From the NCBI GenBank assembly GCA_964601935.1, contig CAZROP010000001.1:20127-84126 (forward strand): 64,000 nt of DNA, in the 5' to 3' direction. The stretch is from an uncultured Candidatus Saccharibacteria bacterium (GTDB lineage Bacteria > Patescibacteriota > Minisyncoccia > Phycocordibacterales > UBA1006). The notes under the pieces were generated by a model. It did no database searches, was not told the DNA's origin, and saw only the letters and a list, made by a program, of their open reading frames with translations. The number at the start of each line of letters is the position of its first letter. Within the stretch, counting starts at the first letter, position 1. Positions 55,351 through 64,000 of this stretch are shown in pieces. The position numbers and the translations under genes were made by a program.

Positions 55351-56880
55351 GTGGTATGGTGCGTCTATATGATGACGCTGAAAAATATCGCATTCTGGTA
55401 TGACGAGGATCACCCACTGTTCGAAGAGGTGTCGTTCAAGATTATAAAGAATGACCGCTTGGTTATTGTAGGAGAAAATGGCGCAGGTAAATCCACTCTG
55501 CTACAGATTATTGCAGGACTGATCGAGCCCGAAGAAGGAAATGTACATACTGATCCAGGTGTTCGTATGCTGTACGTGTTCCAGGAATTTGATGGGCACA
55601 ACGAGCTCATCCGTGACTACATAATAAAGCGTACAAAAAATGTCGGCGCAGCCATGGCATGCGCTGCGCAATTCGGATTCGATGCGAACAAATATCCTGT
55701 AGACTCTACGTTCTGCAAAAACCTATCAGGAGGACAACAAAAGGCATTGCAATTGTCATGTGCATTCGTAGAAGAGCCATCAATACTGTTATTGGATGAG
55801 CCAGAAAACCACTTGGATATTATCGCCCGCAAGCATCTGATAGAAAAGATCCGATCATTCCCTGGTGCAGTCGTTCTGATTTCCCACGACCAGACGACGC
55901 TATCAACTGTAGTGAATCGCACCATAGAAATCATCGACCAGCAAATGTTCCTCACCAATGGTGGCTACGAGGAATATAAGATTGCTCGACAGCGACGTGT
56001 AGAAGCAGCCGTTAGAGATAAAAAGTCTATGGTCAAAAAAGCATCGGAAATGCAGGACGCACTCGTCATCATGCATCAAAAGGCATTCCGCGGAAAGTCC
56101 ACAGGCGACTACCGCGCCCGCAAGGCAGAACTCGCAGAACTAAAAGAAACTTTGAAAAATACCAAACCACCGAGCGGCGACCAGGCAAAAAAACTGGGCG
56201 GCAAAATAACAGCAGAAGACCGCAGCGAAGGCAGGTTCATTTGGGAGTCTGACGAATTACGTTATCGATATGACGGCAGTAATGCAGATGCGTTTCGTAG
56301 TGACGAGTTATCAATACGATTCGGAGATAGAATTGGATTGGTTGGACGTAATGGTGCTGGCAAATCAACCCTGGTGAATACCCTCACCAACAAACTAACA
56401 CCAACACATGGAACAGTACGATGGGCACCCGATATTAGTTACGAAATGTTCAATCAGCATATGCATTTGCCCGAAGACCAAAATACCGTACAGGTAGTAC
56501 GCGACGAACGCAACTGCAGCGAAGAAGAGGCATTCCGTATTCTGGGACAGGCAAAGCTATCGAATAAAATATTATCGAAATTAAAGGTTCGCGATCTATC
56601 TGGCGGACAGCGTATGCGATTACGATTTGCATTAGCATTTTCGCGACCGCTCGACCTGATCATTCTGGACGAACCGACGAATAATCTGGACGAATCAACA
56701 CTAGAGATTCTGAAAAACCTTATTAATGATTTCCCTGGTGCGGTACTGATCATTACCCATGATCGCGCATTCATGGAACAACTGGATCTGCACAAATTCT
56801 GGTATATTACTGGTAATACTGTACACGAAACCTATAAAGACTTATCAGATATTCTGAAAGAAATGGAAAAATCCCGCTAG
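55351..56880 (+). CDS. ABC-F family ATPase with two ABC domains and no TM domain
   Basis: Two Walker A motifs ('GENGAGKST', 'GRNGAGKST'), two signatures ('LSGGQQ', 'LSGGQRMR'), Walker B motifs, and a Lys/Arg-rich linker. Confidence 0.8.
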   Translation: MVWCVYMMTLKNIAFWYDEDHPLFEEVSFKIIKNDRLVIVGENGAGKSTLLQIIAGLIEPEEGNVHTDPGVRMLYVFQEFDGHNELIRDYIIKRTKNVGAAMACAAQFGFDANKYPVDSTFCKNLSGGQQKALQLSCAFVEEPSILLLDEPENHLDIIARKHLIEKIRSFPGAVVLISHDQTTLSTVVNRTIEIIDQQMFLTNGGYEEYKIARQRRVEAAVRDKKSMVKKASEMQDALVIMHQKAFRGKSTGDYRARKAELAELKETLKNTKPPSGDQAKKLGGKITAEDRSEGRFIWESDELRYRYDGSNADAFRSDELSIRFGDRIGLVGRNGAGKSTLVNTLTNKLTPTHGTVRWAPDISYEMFNQHMHLPEDQNTVQVVRDERNCSEEEAFRILGQAKLSNKILSKLKVRDLSGGQRMRLRFALAFSRPLDLIILDEPTNNLDESTLEILKNLINDFPGAVLIITHDRAFMEQLDLHKFWYITGNTVHETYKDLSDILKEMEKSR

Positions 56881-56908
56881 TGCGGGATTTTTTATAGTAG
56901 AAATCTCT

Positions 56909-57288
56909 CTACTGCCGACTTTCTCGACGCTCCTCAAAAATCGCATTCTTAAATTTACGCGAGGACGTTATACTCATAAAGTCTAGGATTTCTGACTCCA
57001 GCTTATTTTCTAACTCTTTATAATGAGGAGATGTTTCTCCCAATCTTGCCATTTCAGCTCTTATTTCTTCGGTCTTCTGTTTTAATTCCCGTAATTTCTG
57101 ATTGTATATTTCTATTTCTTCCTCTGAAGGTTTGCCATTACGCCGCTCGTGGAGGCGAGGTCTTTTTATTTTCTCAGGAAGAGTTGCTTTTTTATGCGTA
57201 GTATTATCCGGCGCAGCAGAGCCTCCATCTGTATTAATAGACCCCCAGCTATTCTGCATTCCTTCCAATCCTCCACCAAAGCTTGCCA
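56909..57288 (-). CDS. Hypothetical charged coiled-coil protein
   Basis: 126 aa from MASFGG; Lys/Glu-rich helical C-terminus. It overlaps the alternative plus-strand ORF 57102..57695; the minus-strand reading is retained up to 57288. Confidence 0.3.
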
Positions 57289-57339
57289 TATACCAGAAGT
57301 ATATCATTATTTTCCACAATGCGATATACTATAGTCATA

Positions 57340-57695
57340 TGGAAAAGCTCAACCTCATCAAAAACATTTATATCTACGCCTTATCAGGCATCACTCTCAT
57401 CATATTTTTAGTATCAATTACTAATATGCTGACAAAAATCCCAGACGTGCTCTACCCTACCACCTACACCCAGACATTCCCGGAATATAAACAAATGTTA
57501 CCGGCAAATGACACTCGTCCACCAGAACAGATCCGTGCAGAGCTCGACGAGCGCAATCAAAAGATGATAGAGCAGGAACAATTGAATCAGAAAAAACAAT
57601 TATTCAACAATGGAATCTGGGCATTGGTATCTGCAGTTGCTTTCGGGTATTTCCATCGCGAGCGAAAAGAAATCGACAAACAGAATAAGAAATAG
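57340..57695 (+). CDS. Hypothetical small membrane protein
   Basis: Start at MEKLNLIKN avoids the antisense overlap. One TM helix near each end. Confidence 0.3.
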
Positions 57696-57746
57696 AAAAA
57701 TCAAACTCTCCGAGACATACAATATATCTCGGAGAGTTTTTAAAAA

Positions 57747-58982
57747 CTATTTTTTCTTGTCAATAAAATTCTTATCTCTCGTTTTTTTGTGAAATTCTAA
57801 TGCATAACGATGTGCCTCTGAATTGGCCAGCAGTATTGCCTGTCGCCATGAGTCAATAATACGTGCATCGCCCAGAATATCTCGCGGCTGGTGTCGTTCG
57901 TCCTTTACCACGCTGACAACTGCAGTGTCTACACGAAATGTGTTTTTTGCTGATTCGCCTATGCCACGCTGAACCTCGTTACCGTCACACACCATAATAT
58001 TTGGGAATCTCCATTCACGATGACGGAATCTACGCACCAGGATTTGTGCCAATGCGGCTGGATCGTTCGATGATTCAATACCTCTGATATGGAATTTCCT
58101 ATACTCGGATTTCTGGGGTTCACCATTTTCTAATACGACCATCACGCCTACCATAGATTTTCCCCCTATATGCGCCACATCGTATGCTTCGATACGTACT
58201 GATCGAATGGATGATTCGTGTCGATCAGATTTTATCAGAGTAACATCACGTATATGCTCCAATGCCCATATTGTGTTGCGCAGATGTGTTGCGGATTCAA
58301 AGTCTTCCTGCTCTACTGCCGCCTGCATACGGTGTGACAAATCATCAATTAACCCACGCCAGTCCCCCGACAATACTCTACAGAAATCATCGATCATTTG
58401 ATGATACTGCGTTACCATATCAGCATCGGCTCGTGCTGCCAATCCTAGAGATTCATAGAATCTATCCCTGTGCTTGTTTATAGTTTTTCCTGAACGAAAC
58501 GGGAAAATGCGACGGAGCAATCGTAATGCCTCCCGAATCACCGGACCATTAGGGAATGGCCCGAATGTACGTAGCGTACCGTACTTTGTAACTGACGTGT
58601 CCTCATTTTGCTCCAACACTCTGCCCCGTTCTAGGAATACTCTGGGATACTCCTCGTCAGTTACTACGACATAGTAATAACTTTTATTATCTTTTTCTTT
58701 TGTATTGTAGTAGGGCTGGAACTTCTTTATCAGATTTGCTTCTAGTATCACCGCTTCCAATACATTCTTTGTTTCCGTCCAATCTATATGATCTGCGCGC
58801 ACCACCATGTCCACGAATGCTACACCTCTATCGTGCATCAAATCTTTACCGAAATAACTTCGCACACGATCACGCAAACTAGTCGCGCGCCCTACATACA
58901 AAATAACCCCATCAGAATCGATGAATCTATATACACCAGGCGCATCAGGTAGTGCTGCCTGTTTTAGCTGCTCATTCGTCAT
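57747..58982 (-). CDS. UvrC-like excinuclease homolog (GIY-YIG N-terminus), shorter than canonical UvrC
   Basis: 'GVYRFIDSDGVILYVGRATSLRDRVRSYF' is a textbook GIY-YIG motif. 411 aa against ~600 for UvrC. No recognisable C-terminal (HhH)2. Confidence 0.55.
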   Translation of the reverse strand: MTNEQLKQAALPDAPGVYRFIDSDGVILYVGRATSLRDRVRSYFGKDLMHDRGVAFVDMVVRADHIDWTETKNVLEAVILEANLIKKFQPYYNTKEKDNKSYYYVVVTDEEYPRVFLERGRVLEQNEDTSVTKYGTLRTFGPFPNGPVIREALRLLRRIFPFRSGKTINKHRDRFYESLGLAARADADMVTQYHQMIDDFCRVLSGDWRGLIDDLSHRMQAAVEQEDFESATHLRNTIWALEHIRDVTLIKSDRHESSIRSVRIEAYDVAHIGGKSMVGVMVVLENGEPQKSEYRKFHIRGIESSNDPAALAQILVRRFRHREWRFPNIMVCDGNEVQRGIGESAKNTFRVDTAVVSVVKDERHQPRDILGDARIIDSWRQAILLANSEAHRYALEFHKKTRDKNFIDKKK

Positions 58983-59770
58983 TACAACAGTTTACCAATA
59001 TCTGAAATAGATACAATAACCATCAATAATATTAGTGCAGCGAAACCTGTCATGTTTATAATACCCTGAACTCGTGACGGAATAGGCCGCCCAATGACAC
59101 GCTCTACCAATACAACGATAATCTGTCCGCCATCCAGAGCAGGAAATGGAATGAGGTTCATAATACCCAAATTGATAGACAATATCGCTGACAAAAATGC
59201 AACCTGCCCAAACCCTGCATGTGCAGCGTTCCCCAGTATGCCTGCGATACCCACTGGCCCTGACACATCACCCAGCCCATTGCCAGAAAATATTCCCGAG
59301 AAAAATTGCCCCAACCCCATCATAACTTCTCCTGTAATATTCATATACAGCGCCCAGCCTGATGCAAAACCTGACCAGCCGAATTTGACCAACGACAGAA
59401 TCACCAGTACCAAAATGGCGAATATAAAATTAAACACCACGCCTGCTGACAGGATACAGAGTTTCTGCCACCACGGCTTTGCAGACATAAACTGATCGCG
59501 AGAAAACTCACGATCATCCTCTATATCATCACCAAATTCACCGAGAAGCGACACATAGCCACCCATGGGGATTGCATTGATTTTGTAGGTGGTTTGTCCA
59601 ATCTTGCGAGACCATAGTGTAGGCTGGAAACCTATCGCGAATGACCGCACTCCGACATTAAAAATCCTTGCTGCAACAAAATGACCCAACTCGTGCACAA
59701 ATACCAGAATACTAATAACTGCAAGAAAGATGAGAGTAGCTATCATAATTACCAGATTACTATACCACAT
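58982..59770 (-). CDS. M50-family site-2 protease (RseP-like) zinc metalloprotease
   Basis: 'FVHELGHFVAARIF' HExxH inside TM1; multiple TM helices; C-terminal 'NLIPFPALDGG' (LDG motif). Confidence 0.75.
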   Translation of the reverse strand: MWYSNLVIMIATLIFLAVISILVFVHELGHFVAARIFNVGVRSFAIGFQPTLWSRKIGQTTYKINAIPMGGYVSLLGEFGDDIEDDREFSRDQFMSAKPWWQKLCILSAGVVFNFIFAILVLVILSLVKFGWSGFASGWALYMNITGEVMMGLGQFFSGIFSGNGLGDVSGPVGIAGILGNAAHAGFGQVAFLSAILSINLGIMNLIPFPALDGGQIIVVLVERVIGRPIPSRVQGIINMTGFAALILLMVIVSISDIGKLL

Positions 59771-59809
59771 AGATGCGAATTGAGAAAATATGAGTATACT
59801 GTCCCTATT

Positions 59810-59891
59810 GCCCGGGTGGCGAAATTGGTAGACGCGTACGCTTCAGGTGCGTAAGCCGAAAGGTGTGGAGGTTCGAGTCCTCTCCCGGGCA
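59810..59891 (+). tRNA. tRNA-Leu (anticodon CAG)
   Basis: GCCCGGGTGGCGAAATTGGTAGACGC...anticodon loop TTCAGGT...long variable arm...GGTTCGAGTCC...CCCGGGCA. Confidence 0.8.
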
Positions 59892-60084
59892 CAAAACAAC
59901 GAAAAAACACACTGTGTTTTTGACTATGTTTTTGCCCATAGGGAGAGGTCGAGAACAGTACCGACGGGGACCCTCTGGGGAGTTCGGTACGTCAGGGGTC
60001 GCGAAACAATAATTATGAGAGCGTTAAGCGAAGAATAATTATATGTTTTGTGACCGAGTCCTAAAACCAAATCAGTATCTACCT

Positions 60085-60861
60085 ATGCAGACTCCCTCCA
60101 TAATCATCATCTGCGGACAAACCGCTACAGGCAAATCAGATCTCGCTGTACAGTATGCGCTTGCTCATAATGGCGAGATAGTGTCTGCTGATTCCCGACA
60201 AATATATCGCGGACTGAATGTAGGCTCTAATAAAATAACTCCACCAGAAATGGAAGGTGTGCCTCACCAGGGTATCGACATAGCGGACCCCGAAACACGA
60301 TTTACTGCTGCAGACTTTCAATCGTATGCTCGAAATATAATTACTGATATTTTGTCGCGAGGGAAAACACCTATACTAGTCGGAGGTACGGGGTTTTATA
60401 TTGATGCAACATTATTTGCAGATTTTGATTTTGAAGAAAGAAAGGGTTCGATCAACTATAATTCGGCTTCGTACTTTTTTGATATACCACATCAGTGGAT
60501 AGGACTCTGTGCTTCGCGTGAATATCTCGTAGATCGTATCTGTGCTCGTGCAGAGCGCGCAATGACTGCCGTCACTACAGAAATTCAACAACTACAGAGC
60601 CAGGGTACTGGTCGTGACTGGCTCCATGGTCTCGGCCTAGAATATCGTTACGGAACAGAATTATTAGAAGGTACTATTTCAGAACTAGAATACACAGAAA
60701 CTATAACAACAAAAACCTGGCAGTACGCACGTCGCCAGATGACCTGGTTCAAACGAAACCCTCATATTAATTGGTTTGATATCGCGGAATCTAAACCTAT
60801 TCTGTCAGCGACTGATACACTAACGCAAGCACTCCCTCCCGACTCTCCGCAACAGCCATAA
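60085..60861 (+). CDS. miaA: tRNA dimethylallyltransferase
   Basis: P-loop 'GQTATGKSDLAV', 'SADSRQIYRGLNVGSNKIT', typical of MiaA. Confidence 0.75.
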   Translation: MQTPSIIIICGQTATGKSDLAVQYALAHNGEIVSADSRQIYRGLNVGSNKITPPEMEGVPHQGIDIADPETRFTAADFQSYARNIITDILSRGKTPILVGGTGFYIDATLFADFDFEERKGSINYNSASYFFDIPHQWIGLCASREYLVDRICARAERAMTAVTTEIQQLQSQGTGRDWLHGLGLEYRYGTELLEGTISELEYTETITTKTWQYARRQMTWFKRNPHINWFDIAESKPILSATDTLTQALPPDSPQQP

Positions 60862-61723
60862 ATCCTGAACGATGCACCATACGCGCGTCAGAAACACCTA
60901 CCACCTGTTGTAGTTCAGCATCTTTTTTGCCGCGCCAATTGGTTGGAAAATCTTTACGGATTTCAAAGCTCGTGTGTCCGTTTACACGTACACCTTTTGC
61001 GCCCCAAGAACCATCAGAACGCTGATATACAAAATAGATCGGCTCTGGGTATTTTGATAGTACTTCTACCCATGCCGGATATTCAAAATCCGCGACAACG
61101 ATGCGTTTGTCCGCCGCAGAATCATACGCCTCTACCACTTTGCGCTCTGCCTCTATATAATCAGTTGCGTGTAGTATTGCGCGACGCATTGTTTTCTTTG
61201 CGTAATCATACACGTCCCAAAATCCCTGGTTCATAGCCGTTACAGGTTGTAACTGCTCTTCGCGCCATGTAGGCCGAGATAGCCCGACCAGATCACCCAC
61301 GCTCGCCTGCCGTACTCCGCTGACATGAGTAGCCGCCGTCAGCGTGACACCTACATCCAACGCATCAATACCTGCTATCAATGTATCATCAACTATTTGC
61401 CATGCCCGCTGGTTTTCTTCGCACAAGAGCATTCCATAATGACGCCATGCCAAACCTGCCGACGCATACGGAATACCATTATCACGCACCTCTGCAAAAT
61501 CTGACTGATGATGATCCAGTCGATGATGAACAGGATCATATACTCCACCTACGTCTAACACCACCTGGCACTCTGCCAGTTCAGATTCAGTGCGGGTACG
61601 CACCATCGTACAATCATAACCGCGATGCTGCGCCCACAATACCGAAATAGCCAATGCGAACACGTCATCTGTATGATAGGTGCCATTGTGTACCGCTATT
61701 CGAATACTGTCACGCTCTGCCAT
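60797..61723 (-). CDS. MYG1/UPF0160-family metal-dependent hydrolase
   Basis: 'VHNGTYHTDDVFALAISVL' matches the MYG1 HxGxFHxDE motif; 308 aa. Its 3' end overlaps the 3' end of miaA by 65 bp (convergent). Confidence 0.55.
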   Translation of the reverse strand: MAERDSIRIAVHNGTYHTDDVFALAISVLWAQHRGYDCTMVRTRTESELAECQVVLDVGGVYDPVHHRLDHHQSDFAEVRDNGIPYASAGLAWRHYGMLLCEENQRAWQIVDDTLIAGIDALDVGVTLTAATHVSGVRQASVGDLVGLSRPTWREEQLQPVTAMNQGFWDVYDYAKKTMRRAILHATDYIEAERKVVEAYDSAADKRIVVADFEYPAWVEVLSKYPEPIYFVYQRSDGSWGAKGVRVNGHTSFEIRKDFPTNWRGKKDAELQQVVGVSDARMVHRSGFMAVAESREGVLALVYQSLTE

Positions 61724-61729
61724 ACTTGA

Positions 61730-62077
61730 TTAATCGTCTTTATCGAGAAGCAAAGAAATAATCCAAACACCGAACATAGCGATAATACCTCCTATGATAG
61801 CAGCCTGCACACCCACAACATCGAATCCATTCACCAAATATCCAACAAACCAAAAAAGCGCCGTATTAATAACGAATGAAAACAGCCCCAATGTTACTAA
61901 ATTTATAGGAAGCGTTAGAATCTTTATCACAGGCTTTATCACTGTATTCACAAAGAAAAATACCACACCTGCAATCACTACTGTTGGCCATACTACATCG
62001 ATAGTTACTCCTGGTACAAACCATGTGATGCCGTAAATCAGCAAACAGTATAGCAATAATTTAATAATAGTTGTCAT
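61730..62077 (-). CDS. Phage-holin-family-4-like (DUF360) small membrane protein
   Basis: 115 aa, 4 TM; pattern similar to Phage_holin_4_2/DUF360. Confidence 0.4.
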   Translation of the reverse strand: MTTIIKLLLYCLLIYGITWFVPGVTIDVVWPTVVIAGVVFFFVNTVIKPVIKILTLPINLVTLGLFSFVINTALFWFVGYLVNGFDVVGVQAAIIGGIIAMFGVWIISLLLDKDD

Positions 62078-62091
62078 ACAGTCAGAGTTAA

Positions 62092-62544
62092 TTAGCCCAG
62101 TAATTCATCGACAATCATTTTCACATCAGTACCGTCAGCCTTACCCGCCAAATCCTTCATCAATGCACCGACCAACTTGCCTGCTCCTGATTTGTCAGAT
62201 ACTTCTAGCTCTGTAATTTTTGCCTGAACGATAGGTCGTATTTCATCCAAACTCATGAGAGCTGGTAGAAACTTTTCTATAACCGCTAATTCTGCCTTGC
62301 TCTCTTCGGCTAGGTCGTCGCGACCTCCTTCGATAAACTGCTGGATAGAATCTTTTAGACGCTTTACTTCACGGCGCATGAGTCCTTCTAATTCTGCCTC
62401 GGTTAATTCACCCTGTGGACCACGACCCAGATTCACTAATTCATTCGTACATGCAGCCAATACATTACGAATAGTAGTCAGCGCGACACTATCCTTTGCA
62501 CGCATTGCGTTTTTCATTTCTTCTTTCAATTCTAATTGTGTCAT
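62092..62544 (-). CDS. GatB/YqeY-domain protein
   Basis: 150 aa helical protein; 'LKEEMKNAMRAKDSVALTTIRNVLAA' is typical of YqeY. Confidence 0.65.
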   Translation of the reverse strand: MTQLELKEEMKNAMRAKDSVALTTIRNVLAACTNELVNLGRGPQGELTEAELEGLMRREVKRLKDSIQQFIEGGRDDLAEESKAELAVIEKFLPALMSLDEIRPIVQAKITELEVSDKSGAGKLVGALMKDLAGKADGTDVKMIVDELLG

Positions 62545-62599
62545 ATATGTAGTATAGATATTAGGTCAATAATAATGAATTATTCCTTTTCACCTATCC

Positions 62600-63388
62600 A
62601 TGATACCATGGAACAATATGAAATACACGCTCGCATTTCTCGATACAGAAACAACTGGCAATACCCCACCAGATAGGCTATGTCAATTATGTATGCGCCT
62701 ATGGCGCGACCAAGCACTGGAACGCGAGATCAACGATCTCTACACCCCTACGCATCCTATCAGCATAGGATCCATGGCAATACATCACATCACGCCCAAA
62801 ATGGTTGCAGGCAAACCTGAGTTCCAGCAATCGGAAACATACAGATTCGTAAAATCAACATTGGAAGATCCAAGTACTGTCATGATCGCACATAATGCGC
62901 CGTTCGATCGTACGATGCTCGTACACGAAGGCATCGAACCACCCTGTGTTATAGATACACTGAAACTCATCCGACACAGCGATCCCAATATGGAAATAGA
63001 GCGACATAACCTGCAGTATATTCGCTACTACTGGGAATTGGACGAAAGCCTGCCCGAGGGAACAGTTATCAATCCGCATGATGCCCTATCAGATGTTATT
63101 ATCCTTGAACAAGCATTCTGGCATCTATTCAAACTCGCACAGACAACTGGCAAATTCTCAGACGATGACGCCATAATTGAATACATGATAAAGAGGTCGA
63201 GCGAGCCTGCTCTTATTGGTAAATTCACATTCGGTAAACACGAAGGCAAAACCGTATCAGAGGTAGCACGTGTTGATAAAAATTATCTAGAATGGCTGCT
63301 GCGACAAAAACAGGAACAACAGGAAAAGGGAGAAAACGAAGAAGACTGGATTTATACACTCGAGAAAGCACTTGGTTTGTTAAAGTAA
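62600..63388 (+). CDS. DEDD-family 3'-5' exonuclease (DnaQ/PolIII-epsilon-like) with a C-terminal extension
   Basis: Exo I 'FLDTETTG', Exo II 'HNAPFDRTML', Exo III 'HDALSDVI'. Confidence 0.7.
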   Translation: MIPWNNMKYTLAFLDTETTGNTPPDRLCQLCMRLWRDQALEREINDLYTPTHPISIGSMAIHHITPKMVAGKPEFQQSETYRFVKSTLEDPSTVMIAHNAPFDRTMLVHEGIEPPCVIDTLKLIRHSDPNMEIERHNLQYIRYYWELDESLPEGTVINPHDALSDVIILEQAFWHLFKLAQTTGKFSDDDAIIEYMIKRSSEPALIGKFTFGKHEGKTVSEVARVDKNYLEWLLRQKQEQQEKGENEEDWIYTLEKALGLLK

Positions 63389-63449
63389 CTTTTCAGGAGA
63401 GGGGGAACCGAAATCCCGGGCTCTGCTCGCTGTGATATACTAAGCCCCT

Positions 63450-64000
63450 ATGTCTACAATCGTTATTATATTGCTCATTATTTGTTTTTTAGTTGTTGCG
63501 ACTTTTTTGTATCTTATTTTTCGCAAGATTTCTCAACCTATGGCAGTGCCTGACAACTCGTCACAGGTAATCCAATCGATGAATGCATCGATGCAAATGC
63601 TGCAGAATAATCTGCACAAAATAGAAGAAGTCGTCCACAATAGATTGCAATCATCCGAAGACCGCCTGAACGAAAACTTCCGCCATCAAACCACTACATT
63701 CCGCGAACAAACACAGTCATCTCTGGCTGCACTGTCACAGATCACCGAACGATTGGGACGCCTGGACGAAACGAACAAGCAGGTCATGTCATTCACCGAC
63801 CAGCTGCGCAGTTTTCAAGATATCTTGAAAAATCCAAAACAGCGCGGGACTATCGTAGGTGAATACTATCTGGAAACAATTCTATCCAAAGTCCTCCCAC
63901 CAGGCACCTACGAAACGCAGTACCGATTCCCCAGCGGGGATATTGTGGATGCGGTTATTTTTGCCAATGGACAAATCATTCCTATAGATAGCAAATTCAG
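63450..64000 (+). CDS. rmuC: DNA recombination protein RmuC (N-terminal part; continues past the window end)
   Basis: N-terminal TM helix, long coiled coil, then 'GEYYLETILSKVLPPGTYETQYRF...DAVIFANGQIIPIDSKF', the RmuC consensus. No stop codon inside the window. Confidence 0.7.
   Translation, partial: MSTIVIILLIICFLVVATFLYLIFRKISQPMAVPDNSSQVIQSMNASMQMLQNNLHKIEEVVHNRLQSSEDRLNENFRHQTTTFREQTQSSLAALSQITERLGRLDETNKQVMSFTDQLRSFQDILKNPKQRGTIVGEYYLETILSKVLPPGTYETQYRFPSGDIVDAVIFANGQIIPIDSKF

Noticed and set aside
57102-57339. 5' part of the 197-aa plus-strand ORF overlapping the minus-strand 126-aa ORF
   Set aside because: The two ORFs overlap antisense. The plus-strand N-terminal part is low-complexity, so the start was moved to the internal Met at 57340. 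The annotation of both small ORFs remains low-confidence.

Overview
This window reads as a low-GC, gene-dense bacterial chromosome segment, mostly minus-strand, with the style of a reduced-genome organism. A Candidate Phyla Radiation / Patescibacteria-like origin is plausible but cannot be confirmed from sequence alone. Pointers to that style are a split transketolase, weak or absent Shine-Dalgarno sequences, and several very large secreted repeat proteins. Housekeeping content: a partial ribosomal-protein block running S19 to L5 (rpsS, rplV, rpsC, rplP, rpmC, rpsQ, rplN, rplX, rplE); a beta-CASP metallo-beta-lactamase ribonuclease; split transketolase with rpe, rpiB and gap; typA, htpX, efp, trpS, gatB, obg, rpmG, miaA; a UvrD-like helicase-nuclease; an ABC-F ATPase; an ABC exporter; the start of rmuC; and six tRNAs (Ser-GCT, Ser-TGA, Lys-CTT, Trp-CCA, Ala-TGC, Leu-CAG). 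Accessory content stands out in three places. (1) A 403-aa protein (4662-5873) has a C-terminal RecB-like PD-(D/E)xK nuclease domain with a D...ELK motif, a QxxxY motif and an ITYDDL tail. This matches the DUF4263 / Shedu (SduA) anti-phage nuclease family. It sits beside an islet bracketed by two tRNA-Ser genes that also carries a second small PD-(D/E)xK protein. (2) Three very large secreted proteins carry beta-helix, NHL, SBBP and delta-60 repeats and end in peptidoglycan-binding modules. Two of them share a ~300-bp stretch of 100% identical DNA, and both contain perfect internal repeats. (3) Two tandem secreted paralogs have 426 bp of identical 5' sequence followed by complete divergence. 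Other loci worth a second look are a G-rich palindromic tract upstream of the UvrD-like helicase gene, an orphan divergent gene pair (a 422-aa unknown protein with an HExxH protein), and the unusual truncation of the ribosomal S10/spc cluster at both ends. No CRISPR array, rRNA or transposase was found.
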